A DNA stretch of 64,000 nt from contig JAAOMT010000504.1 of the NCBI GenBank assembly GCA_016748015.1, positions 119,129-183,128 of the forward strand. Reading direction: 5' to 3'. The position numbers were made by a program, and so were the translations under genes. Numbering within the stretch: position 1 is the stretch's first letter; every line of letters begins with the position of its first letter. This stretch comes from Geosiphon pyriformis uo1. Its lineage: Eukaryota; Fungi; Glomeromycota. This document shows positions 52,129 through 64,000 of this stretch, piece by piece. The notes below the pieces were generated by a model, which worked only from the letters and a program-made list of their open reading frames with translations, made no database searches and was not told the origin of the DNA.

Positions 52129-52848
52129 TATTATAGATAATTATTTGGGTGGTTAAAATAAATAACAAACTTGTAATTTGATGCTTAATAGCTAATAGTG
52201 TTGGTAATTTTTGAAAGTTTTGGTGTCTGAAAATTTTTGGTTGAGTCTTTTGTATAATAAACAAAGATTCAAGTTTTGTTTTAATAGTCTCCTAGAATTG
52301 CAATTCCATTAAATTTCTGTTTTCAGCATGGTGGCTGGTTTATTCTGGCAGTTGTGCTCTTTTGATAAGCTATTTGTAAATTCTTTTAAACTCTATACTT
52401 TTCCTTTAAGATCTTTTATTAGGCTATTCTTAACATTAATTAATCAGTGCTTAATCTCTCAAATCAGTTAGTAAACAACAAACAAAATTAAAAAAAATTA
52501 AAAAATTAAAAAAAAGAAGAAATTAGTATTTTATCAATAGCCATGATTAAGAATTATTGTTTTAGTGTAATTAATTATTGACTTCTATTAACATAGAGTA
52601 TAGATAGAGCAAAAATAATTTAATATTCTTTAGTCAAGTAGTGCTAACATGAATTCAAATAGTAATAGATAATTTATTAATATTTTAATATTTCTATTTT
52701 AAGTTATAAAATACTATCATATAAAGAGATAGATATAAAATTGGAACTGAAAGTTTTAAACCAAGAATTCTGTCTTTTTTGCTTCTAATGCTATCACTAT
52801 ATATACATAAATTTTGTTATATATAATTTCTATATTTTATAAGTAACA
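52129..52848 (-). repeat. 5' LTR of E4, lacking the U3 repeat array
   Basis: Shares TATA, R/U5 elements and termini, but has only ~40 nt between the TG end and the TATA box. Confidence 0.85.
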
Positions 52849-55200
52849 ATATACTTCAATTTCTAAAGATTATATTTACTGCTATATAATATAAGTTAAT
52901 TATAGTTTTTGCTTTTCTAAGCTCTAAAAATAACTATTTATAGACTTTAACATTGTATTAATCAAACCAATGAGCCACAATTGTTATCAATTTACTATTA
53001 TAATAATGTGATTCAATATTTAAAATTACTCTTATCTATTTTGGTTTCTTTTTAATATTATTAAACACAGTTTCAAAACAAAATATTGTAAACCAAACAT
53101 CTTGTTTTGTATTAGTAGATTAGTAATTATAAGCATTAATGTTCAAGTTTGTATTTTTCTTCTTTATAATTATCATTAAAATTATATATAATATTCAATT
53201 TTATTTACCAAAAAACTTTTGTTTTGTTTTTCAAGTTGTTTTTAAAAGTATTTACATCTTATAGTCTGCAATTATAATAGTATTATTTAAGTTAAAATTG
53301 GCCAAAAAGGCTTTATATTGTTCATTTAGGTAATATTTTTAAACATAGTAAACAAGAAAATATTTCAGTTTTTTCTATATTTCTAATAATTATAGATAAT
53401 ACATATTATTAATATATTTTTTCATAAAATCAAAAAATTTAAAAAATTTAAACCAATTTTAACATTGTGAATAATATAATTGTTAACATTTTCCAATAGT
53501 AAATAGTAAACAATGATTGATATAGTTATTGTATAATGTTTTTCTATTTGATTTAATATACAAATAGCACTTAAACTTTTTTTTGAAATGGCAACATAGA
53601 TTTTTAATTCGTAATATTATGGAATTTTATTAGATAATAATACATTATATTTATAATTTATTCAATCAGTTTATTTTTATTTATCATTAAAATTAATATA
53701 CTAAAGTCTCTTTTATTATAAATATTTGTCATAAAAGAGTTAATAAATTTTTAAATATCTTAAAGCTATATTCATTATAAGTAATACATAATTCTCTTAA
53801 ATTCTGACAATATTAAATATGAATATAATTTGTCAATTATATTATAAAAGCAATTTGTTGGATTCTATTTGAATATTTTTCTTTAAATTTTATTTATAGT
53901 GTCTTTTTTTGATCTTATATATAAGAAATCAAAACTTTAGTTTTAGTATTAACTTGATATAAGCTCTGTGTAACATTATTTTTATCTTGAAAAAAAATTA
54001 AAAATTGTGTTTCTTTGATTTTAATTATTTTATAAACAATTTTTTTTGGTTTTTTAATTAGTAATATAATGGATCCATATAATTAATTATGTTTTTATAT
54101 AAGATTAATTGTATTTAAATCAATCCAATTATAATAATATGCAATAAGTTTTTTTTTATGTTTTTTTTATTTTTAATTTTTTAAATTAACTTAAAATTTT
54201 TTATAAAGTTTTACATAAGTAAATTGATTTGTTATAATAAATAAAATTTGAATTTTGTAATCTAAACTATGCTTATTAGATTTAAGAGTATTTTGAAAGC
54301 TGTTCTAGAAAATATTTTTTTATTTTTAATTATTAATAATAACTAAATTTTTGTGTAAATTAAGATATAAATATCTAGTTTTATATAATATTTTTATATT
54401 GGCTTTATTTATACAATAATTTTTTAACTAATTTTAAAATTCTTTTTTATTGTTATTTTTAGAATATAGTATTATATTAATATATTTACATGTTCTTAAT
54501 ATTTTTTTTCAAGCATGAAATTTTTTTTCACTTCTTTTATAGATAAATATATTATAGCAAATATATAATAAAATTTTATTATTGAATTGTCTTAACTTAT
54601 TTAAATAATAAACATATTTTGCCAATTAATTAATAGATTTGTTGCTATTTTATATCTTTTAATTTCTTGTTTGAATATATATTTTATTATATAAAAATTG
54701 GTTTATTTACTTAAAGTACAAGTAAAATTGAGAAACATTTGGCTATCTAATATTATACATTAAATCAATAAATACTTATAACCAAATAGTATTGTGCTAT
54801 TTATATATATTTGTAATGTCAACTTTGTTTTAAATACTATTAACTAATTAATTTTTATAATACTACAATATATCTTTTTCTTTGTAAAAACCAAAAATAA
54901 ATATGTTATTATTTATTTATTGTAATGTCAGAATTCTTTAACTTTTTTTTGTTAACACAAATAAAATAAAGCCATCAGTTTTAGAAATTTCAATTGTTAA
55001 TAAAATTACTATATTTTTTTTAATCTTAAGAAAAATAAATCTGAATATAACTTCAATTAATATTTTTTTAACTATATTGTTATTATTAAAACCAAAAACA
55101 GCTGGTTTAGAGTATGTTGTTTTTTTTCTAAAAATATTATAATATATATTATTAATTATTTAAGATAAAATTGGAAAAATTTACTAGTTTTACTTTTATT
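52849..55200 (-). mobile_element. Heavily decayed DDE DNA-transposase relic, Sola(3)-like
   Basis: Minus-strand translation of ~53340-52860 gives IIIADYKM*ILLKTT*KTKQKFFGK*N*...KQDVWFT...SHYYNSKL...AHWFD...FLELRKAKTIIN, resembling the D(Y/W)xM...RE...FFGKRG..H and SDN..HYH pattern. The right boundary is a guess. Confidence 0.5.
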
Positions 55201-57044
55201 AATACAAACAAATTCTAATTGTAATAAATTTTTCTTATTTTGAACAACTATTATAATAAATTAATATTAATTGAGTACAGTATTAATATATATATAGAGT
55301 TAGTATAATATAAATAAAGAAATAGTATTGTTATTTTCTAATTACTAGAACATTTATTAATTACAAACATAAAAACTATAGTGTAAATTAGATAATATTA
55401 TACCCTTTGTAAGCAAAAAAATAGTTTTTAAAAGTAAGTTTTATATATTTAATAGTAATTGTAAAAACTAGAATTGGTATTTATACTTAAAAATTTTTTA
55501 CTAATTAAATAAACATTATATTTTTTTATTTAATGTTAATTATTTTATATTTCTAACTGACAAATTATCAATTAAATATAATTGTTAAATAATTAAGTAG
55601 TATTGTTAAAAATAATAATATATTGATTATTATTTTAAAGAAAATGTCTTTACAAAAAATATTTTTTTTTGTAGTCTTAATATAATTTAATTTAAACTAG
55701 ATTTGTGTTTGATTATATATAAAAAATATATAAATAATATTTAATTTAAGATCCTATAATATAACTTAAATTTTTAAATTAGTAGTTAAATTACATATTA
55801 AATTTAATAAAAAAAATTATTTTTAAATGTTTTTTGTTTATTGTTTTGGTATATTCTTTAAAATATTGTTATAATTAAATAGTATTATATTCTAATATAA
55901 GCAAAGTTATAATTTATAAGTTTTTATCATGCTAAACAATTATAAAAATTCCAATTTGAATAAAATAATATTAAATCAAATATTTAATTTTTTTTGTAAG
56001 CACAAATTTGAAAATATAATAATAGTAAAACACCAAAATAATTGCATAAGAAGAAAATACATAAATCCAAAGCTATTAATAAGTATAACTTATTTTTTTG
56101 GTTACTTTGACAAGTAAATTTTGTTTATAAACTTAAGTCTTTATTGATGTTTTTGTATTGTGTAGTCGATTATTACAGGTTATGTTATTTAGTATTAACA
56201 CTTTAAAAATATCAAATACTCTAAAATATAAAGGCTTTATAAATAAAAATATAATAATAATAAAAAATACATTATTAAATAGTCTATAATAAAATCTATA
56301 AACTAATGCATTTTTTTTTAAAAAATGTTTTAGAAATTTATTATGTAGTTAAATTTTTTTTGTAAACACTTTAAATAGAAACCAATAGTAAATAGAGTAT
56401 TTTTAGATTTTTGTTTCAAAGTTGAAAATTAAAAGAGTAACCGATTCAAACATTTTTGATTTGAATTTTCAGCGTTTAGAACAGTATTTACTTAAAAGAT
56501 TTTTAATACAAAATGCACTTTCAACGGAAACAACGGGTTTTTAATTAAAAAAAACACTCTAAACCAACAAACGTTTCTTTTTTGCTTTTTTTTGAAAAAA
56601 AAACGCGTTCTGAAATGCCAAAGAATATTGTGGGAAGAACAAAGTTATAAGGCAAGCGGCACTCTTATATAGAAAAGGGAAAGCCTGGGAGCCTCTTAAA
56701 TAACTTTAAGAGTCACTTTTAAAATGTGAAGGGCAACGCACATGATTTATTATATAGTATCATGTGGTTTATCATTTTATTAATAAAATAACAACCCCTC
56801 CAATATACTATGTCGAGAATTTCAGCGGTGGTGCAATATTTGATGTCTTTAGAGTGCTTGTTTAATTTTAAACAATTAGCAATATTTATAATAAAAACTT
56901 GGACAATCGCGAGTTTTTTTTCATTAGTCACGCTACATAAAATGGAAAAGGTCTAGAATGTTCCTAATACCGTACGTCAATGATTAAGCCACTGATCAGC
57001 ATTAGTATATTAGCATCACGTCCTCTCACACAAACAAACAAAAA

Positions 57045-58612
57045 ATGGCGACTGTCGAAAAAATTGAGAACGAGTTGAAGGATGCGAAGGAGCAGCTCGG
57101 GAACGCTGAGGCTCTATTGAAGACTTTTGAAGAGGGGAAACGTGGGCAGAAACTGAAGGTGTTGGAGGACAAGCTGTATGAGGAAGAAGAGCTCACCGAA
57201 AAGGAGAAGGACTTATTGAAGAGGCTAGAAGAAGTGAAGAAGATGCTGGAGACGAGCAAAGATAGATGGGAGTTGCAGGTGCAAAAACTACAAAATTCTT
57301 TGATGGAAATAACTAAGATAGGTAAGGACTTCGTGACTTGTGACTCAGGCGTTGGGGACAAAGTTTATGACCTTGGGGAATGACTCTGACTCATGCGTGT
57401 TGCACTCTTGCAACTTCAACGTTCTTGAATGTTGTTGCACTTGCAGAACTCGAGCGTCCTCCAAAAAGACCACGCAACGGTATTGTACATTTTAACACAG
57501 ATTTAAACGTTAATGTTGATAGCCTCCCAGTTTTTAAACAATTTCAACTATAGAGACCGACAAGACTGAGTTTCTATGTGAAAACCTCATTCAGCCATTT
57601 GATACTCTGCCAACTCATGCTGGCCAGTTGGTGGACCTCATTAATACGCCTCTTCTTGCAAAGCTTCCCGTGGTTAATTACTCGGACTTGGGAAAAGTAT
57701 GACGTTGAATTTCATATTAGCTGTTCTTAATCTATTCATAATTGACAATATTATCTTATTTTGACAACTGCCAGTTTGCACAACTTGGTGACTCTATCTA
57801 TTTTGATGAAATAGATAGGGAGAGTGAATTAGCATTAGTTATCAAGAATGCCCTCTCTGAGACGAGGTTTACCCAAATTAAAACCGAAATAGAGCTGGTT
57901 GCGTATGTGGATATTTTAATCATACAACTCCTGGGATTACTTTGCAGTAACTCTGCTTTTCAAATCGAATTTTCCCGTAACGCGAAAGAGAAGTATGTTT
58001 TCATTTTGTATGCTGTTCTTGGTGTATATTAGTTTTTGTTTCCATGTCTAACATTAATTTTACACTTTTTTTTCTAAGGAGATATACAACGAAATCAAAA
58101 AGCACTCCAGCGACAATAAAAAATACTAGACCTGATCTTCTTGGATATGTTAAAGATGTAGTAGTGATAAAAAATGAAGAGAAGGCTGCACGAATCGATC
58201 TTGAAACTGCCAAAGAAGAGCTCATATCCAAGTTTAGCAAGCTCGATCCATTATATTTCGGGAATATTCAATTTTTAATTTGTTTTGCTGTAGCAAAGGA
58301 CATTATGTGCTTTTATGCAATTGATGGTCCCAGCAAGACGTTGGTTCCACTGTCCACAGAACTTTACCTGTATGATCTCAAAGCTCGATACACATCTATC
58401 AAGATATGCATCAATATTGTTCGTATCCTTAAAACCATGATCACAAAGAATGCCTTCCCTGCTAAAGTAATCCCTCTCGGTAAGTCACTGGACCTCGGAC
58501 ATTCTACAATTACTTTCTTTGAAGACCATGTCGAGAAAGTTGTTCCGGAGAGTGAACTCTATGGCTTAGAGAAGGACTGCAAACGTGTTGATACATTAAA
58601 GGACATGTACGA
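57045..58612 (+). CDS. Crinkler(CRN)-like protein: coiled-coil N-terminus, NLS-like exon, REase-like domain, probably followed by a kinase; exons 57045-57321, 57447-57479, 57554-57696, 57775-57992, 58079->58612; truncated by gap
   Basis: Four canonical GT-AG introns give one continuous frame; CpG is retained. RPDLLGYVKDVVVIKNEEKA...AKEEL..K...YFG..F.ICFAVA...FYAIDG fits a PD...ExK REase pattern. PPKRPR basic motif. Confidence 0.8.
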
Positions 58613-58632
58613 NNNNNNNNNNNNNNNNNNNN
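58613..58632. other. Assembly gap
   Basis: Run of 20 N. Confidence 1.
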
Positions 58633-59017
58633 ATTAATAATTTTGTAAAAATATAAAGTATTAATATAAAAGTAATAATAAAGTATTAAAACTTAAATAT
58701 ATAATGTTTAAAATAAAATAAAATTAGTATTTATTTAAAAGTTGCTAAAAACATAAATAAAATAAAAACAAATAGTTTTTTTAATTTATATAGCTTAATA
58801 TAAGTTTAAATTATTGGTTATATATAAAAAATATGTAAGTAATATTTTTGTTACATATTTTAAGTTTTAATTAAATTATATTTAATTAATACATAAAAAT
58901 AACATTATTAAATTAGTTTTATTTATAAATTAAATATATAAACTTTTATTTCATAAGTTTAAAATTAATATAAAGTTACATATATATATGTAAAATAATA
59001 TTAAAAATATATTTAAT

Positions 59018-59428
59018 NNNNNNNNNNNNNNNNNNNNNNNNNNNNNNNNNNNNNNNNNNNNNNNNNNNNNNNNNNNNNNNNNNNNNNNNNNNNNNNNNNN
59101 NNNNNNNNNNNNNNNNNNNNNNNNNNNNNNNNNNNNNNNNNNNNNNNNNNNNNNNNNNNNNNNNNNNNNNNNNNNNNNNNNNNNNNNNNNNNNNNNNNNN
59201 NNNNNNNNNNNNNNNNNNNNNNNNNNNNNNNNNNNNNNNNNNNNNNNNNNNNNNNNNNNNNNNNNNNNNNNNNNNNNNNNNNNNNNNNNNNNNNNNNNNN
59301 NNNNNNNNNNNNNNNNNNNNNNNNNNNNNNNNNNNNNNNNNNNNNNNNNNNNNNNNNNNNNNNNNNNNNNNNNNNNNNNNNNNNNNNNNNNNNNNNNNNN
59401 NNNNNNNNNNNNNNNNNNNNNNNNNNNN
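59018..59428. other. Assembly gap
   Basis: Run of N. Confidence 1.
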
Positions 59429-60599
59429 ATATTTATTAATATTATTTTTAAAACATATAATTTAAATTTTTATTTCCAATTGTTTAATAACAAAGTTTTA
59501 AGTCTTAGTTAAATATATATTATAAATAAAATATATATTTGTATAATTAAGTTAATTTTTAATTAATAAATAAAATTTAAGCTTAAATAAAAAATTATAA
59601 AAAATTTAAACATAATAAAATTAATATATAAAATTATTTATATAAAAATAATTATAATAATTTTATTAAATTAAAAAAATTTTGTATTTTTTAAAAATAA
59701 GTTGTTTAAAAAGATTTTATTAAATTATATAAGATATTTTAAGTTTTTTATATTTAAATAAAAATATAAAAAATTGATAAATTAATCTATCTGCAATACA
59801 TTATTACCAACTAAAAAGTAAATAAAAATTAACATAAAATTAATTTTATAATTCTTATTATTCACTATTATATTAATTAAATTATATTTAATTAAATTAT
59901 ATTTTATTATTAATTATTTTATAAAATTATCAATTATTTATATTTCAATTAATAATTCAAATTATGTAAATACACAAATATAATTAACTCGAATTTTATA
60001 ACAGTAAAAATTGGTTGAAATATGCAAAAATCCACGAATTTTGCAATAATTCACTAAAATATAAAGAGTTTACTGAAATTTATAACTAGTTTTAAAAAAT
60101 TCAGAGAAAATAATTACAAAAAAAAGAGTACTAGAACTTTCAATAAATATTATTCAAAAATATATAAAAAAAGAACTTTTTTCTTCAAAAAAATATATCT
60201 TAATATCTAATAATCTTATAATTAAATAACAAATTACAAATTAAACAAAAAAAATAAAAATATTTTTTTAAAAAACCCAAAAATTTTTAAATATTCTTTT
60301 GAATTTTTATAATATTCAAAATTAATATTTTAAGTTAAATAGCTACTAATTTCAATAATTTATTTAGTTTTTTTACTTGAGTTTAAACAGAATTTATGCA
60401 ACAAATTATCTTTAATTATTATCAAAATTATGTTTTTTATTTTTTTTTAATTTATTATAAATTATTAGGACTTTATAATTAAAAAATACTGTAGAAAAAT
60501 TGACTTTTATAGCAAAATAATTACATAGTTTTTTTTTATTATATTTAATAAACAAAGCTCAAAAGCTACCTAATATAATATATCAAACTAAGTAATCTA

Positions 60600-63500
60600 A
60601 ACTAAATGCTAATCATGTACTTTTTACATATAACCAGCCATTTAGATCAATCAAGGATACACTATATTATTACTATGGAAGTAAACTTACTCAAAGCCAA
60701 CATTTTCTGAATTATATCAAATAATTAAACACTATTAGGAGCCAATTCAACCAATTATTTAGCTGTTTTTAAGAGATTAGTTTTAACACTATTAGGCTTA
60801 TGTGTCTAAAGAGACATTAAATTAGAAAATATATCATCACTAATGCCAATTAAAAGATTTAAATTACCAGACATATTGACATTTTCTATGCAGCACTTTT
60901 TTTTCAATAAAACCACCTCTCTTTCCAACTTATTTACAACTTTGCTAAAAAAACTTAGATAAACCATAAACTCATTCACTTTAAGACTAAAAACACTGCT
61001 TAAAGCCAAATTCTCCTTAATAAACTGCTTAAACACAGTAACCAATATACTAACAGACTTGACAATTGATTTGATCAAAGCTGACAACTTATTTAAATCG
61101 GATTTTAGAGATACCAGCCAAGAGAAGACCAAAGAATTACCAACAACCATGAAAAAAAAAGCAAAAAATGCCAAAGATAAAAATTCAAAGGAGCTCAAAA
61201 GAGCAAAAACTTTAGCATAAGACTTAGAACTTACAAAGTATGAAATAAATACCTTAGGAGTTTTGGGAGAAAAAAATGGAAACACCTTGCAATCTATCAC
61301 TAAATGGCCCACTTTTTGACACCTAAAACAGTACCAAAAACCAGAAGTTTCTTACTAAATGTAGTACTTTTTTAGTGTATCAGTTTTGACCACAGTAACA
61401 TTTAAATTTTCTTGCAATTCAAATATAATCAGAACAAATTAAGAACAATGACCAGAATTAAAAGAATAAAGAATGAAACATGTATAATCACCAATCTGAG
61501 AAATTATATCACTGATTTTAAAGGCTATACAGCCAAAGAAAAGATTGACCAGTTTGGTCTTAAACTTATCATGAAACAGAATAGTTTTATTTTAATTCAC
61601 CAAGAGGAGAATTTTAACACTATCTTTGTCCATTAAAACTGACCAATAATTCAATACAAATACAACAAAGTCCAACTTTTCAAATGAACCATTACATATT
61701 GCCAAATACCAGCTGACTTTAGCACAACATAAGTAATAATCTTAATATCAATAGCAAACATACCCAAAAACATATCATGTAGCACAACAGCAGCAAAAAG
61801 GGAACTAGACTTAAAAACTACCAAAAATTTGGTAATTTTGAGAGTAGTCAGACAAACAGAGCCTGTAAGCTCAACTAAAAATACAGCATCTAAAGAATTT
61901 TGGGAAGCAAACTCCACACAAAAAAGCTTTATATTGTTCTTTAAAACTGATTTGGCACTCAAAAAACCATGCACAGACTGAAAAACAGCCTTAACATAAA
62001 CCAATTTAATCTTAAAAGTAGCACTAAGCACCAGAGTAAAGACCACCTATTCAGCAAACTTTTGCCAACTAGTAATAATTTTCCAAGTATCCCAAAAGCA
62101 GCACCAGAAACCAGAGAAGAAAATGATTCAGTTTCTATCTGGTTACCCCAGTTTTCAAGAACAGATAACTTCACAAGAAATGGTTGTTTTGTTTCTAAAA
62201 TCAGTAAAAATCTGTTAGAAGATATTATATTTGACAATACAGCCAGTGGTTAATCTGGCCTATTTTAGATAACATGCCAAATAATACAACAGAAATTTTA
62301 TTAAAAACCACAAAAAAATTTGGTGTAACAATAGCAGAGACAAGTGACTACTTCTACTTTTCAGAACTTTTAGTCTTTTTAATCATCTTTTTTGAAGAGG
62401 TGGTATTAGTAGCACCAGATATTAAAGCTATAAAGAAAAAGATCAGCTTATTTACTGTTCTATTATTAAAAACTTTTGGGCTCTTAGTTGAAGTGGAGAC
62501 AACACTAGAACTAACTTAAATATGTTTTTTTAAAAGAACTTTGATTGATAAAAGACCAGCCAAAGATGAAGAAATTGTTTTAGTGGTATTACTTATAGAA
62601 TCTAAAAATATGTATTAGTATATAAATTAGCCAATCAAAAATAGACATAGTAAAAAAAAATCCAAAATTCTTTTCAAGAAATTGCAGGGTTTCATAATTA
62701 CAGAATTTTCTTATAAGGAATTACAGAATTCCAAAATTTCAGGATTTTTTTCAAGAAATTATAGGATTCCAAAAATTTCAGGATTCTTGAGTGAGAAATT
62801 AAGGAATTTAAAGAATCTCATATAATGAGATTTATATATATATAGCAATAATATTAAAACCAAAAAAAACAGAATCAAGACCAAGATTTTTTAGTTAAAA
62901 ATCTCTTTTTATCTCTAAAAGTAATTACTTCAAAAATAATTATTATCAACTAAAGTGCAATTATCAAATATTAATAAAAAATTTTTATTATTATCCAATC
63001 TATGCTATTATCAAATTAATTAAAAAAAATTGTAATCAATTTTTCTACTATTAATACTTCATATTAATAGCTGCCAATACTTAACTACACTGGATCAATA
63101 GCTCTTGATTATGGCTATTAACAAAATACTAATTCTCTAAAAATTGCCTTGGCTTAGTTTTTTTTCTTATTTTATTTTATTTATTTTTGTTTTGTTGTTT
63201 ACTAATTAATTAAAGATTAAGTGTTAAGTTATTGACATCAAGATAAAATGACTGATAAAAAACCAGAAATAAGGGTAGAACATTTAAGGATTGAAAATAG
63301 CTTATTAGAAGAAATACCAGCTATTATGCTGAGAAAAAAATTAATAGAATTGTAATTTCAAGAAGCTACAGATAAAACTACTATTAAATCTCTGTTCATT
63401 ATACAAAAGATTCAACAAAAAATCTTCAGATACTAAAATCTTTAAATATTACCAACCATATTAGCTATTGAGCATCAAATTATGGATTTGTTATTTATAT

Positions 63501-63750
63501 TAACACCTCAAATAATTATCTGTAACAGTAACTACTAAAGGCAGCTTTTCATGATTATTAAGTATAGGAAAGACTTCTAAAATGTTTTGTTTGGTTGCTT
63601 CTACAACAGAAAGAACTTTTTTGGTTGAAATTTTATTAAATATCTTAGGAAAAATATTAAGTGCAGCTTTTTTACTCTTTGCTTTGGTTATGATCATAAA
63701 ATTAAGGAGACAAAGAGTATTTTTTTATAATATGGTTTTTTAACTATATT
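60600..63750 (-). mobile_element. LINE-like copy C (second family), ORF1 relic interrupted by a solo LTR
   Basis: ORFs 63500-63697, 61959-62237, 61651-62046 and 60806-61312 form one decayed reading frame. It has a CFRCQKVGHLVIDC knuckle, then KSYAKV and a coiled-coil segment, the same order as LINE A ORF1. Confidence 0.65.
62587..63527 (+). repeat. Solo LTR (U3 type B), TSD GTGG/GTAA
   Basis: TATTACTTATAG...TGTAACA. The host frame PLVVT|KTISSSLAG is restored by removing the LTR and 4 bp. Confidence 0.88.
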
Positions 63751-64000
63751 ACATAATCTATTAAAAAAGCCTGTAATAAAAAAATTTTTACAAAAAAATT
63801 AACTTTTAATACAAAGTAATTACAAAAAATAATTAGTACAAAATTAATTATTATATCATAAGTTCAACAATATAAATAGTTTTTAAAGTATAAAGAATAC
63901 TTTAAAAAAAATTCATTAACTTATTAAAAGTTATATTATTAATATATTAATAAAACAACAACAACAAAAGAAGTAAAAAAAATCATTAATAATAATATAA

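Noticed and set aside
56393-56561. Short TIR element TAGAGT...ACTCTA upstream of the second gene
   Set aside because: The inverted match is short and AT-rich, with no TSD.

Overview
Eukaryotic, very AT-rich, repeat-dominated region, most likely from a fungus of the Glomeromycotina/Mucoromycota type (an inference from intron style, Crinkler-like genes and repeat families). It is dominated by nested, C>T/G>A-hypermutated, CpG-depleted transposon relics. One Ty3/Gypsy-type LTR retrotransposon family is present as five internal copies (E1 1-3218 +, E2 10163-17828 -, E3 17829-27651 +, E4 ~37493-52848 -, E5 41663-51588 +) and two solo LTRs (38772-39628, 62587-63527). The family has an unusual layout: LTR-PBS(elongator tRNA-Met-like)-long Gag-protease-Cys-rich domain-dUTPase-RT-RNaseH-integrase-extra ORF3-PPT-LTR, with 4-bp TSDs. 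The extra ~205-codon ORF3 occurs as two divergent alleles, and each allele sits next to its own type of palindromic tandem-repeat array in U3; this is the best candidate here for an undescribed system (an accessory protein plus a cognate cis-element). Also present: three LINE pieces plus a 5' stub, a Sola-like DDE transposase relic, and a possible MITE. Two intact, CpG-retaining, intron-containing Crinkler-like genes form islands: a REase+kinase gene at 34.3-36.3 kb (-), whose upstream region shows a 6-nt microexon and a possible recursive splice site, and a coiled-coil+REase gene at 57.0-58.6 kb (+), cut by a gap. There are three assembly gaps. All TE protein calls rest on by-eye translation across stops and frameshifts; no database searches were run.
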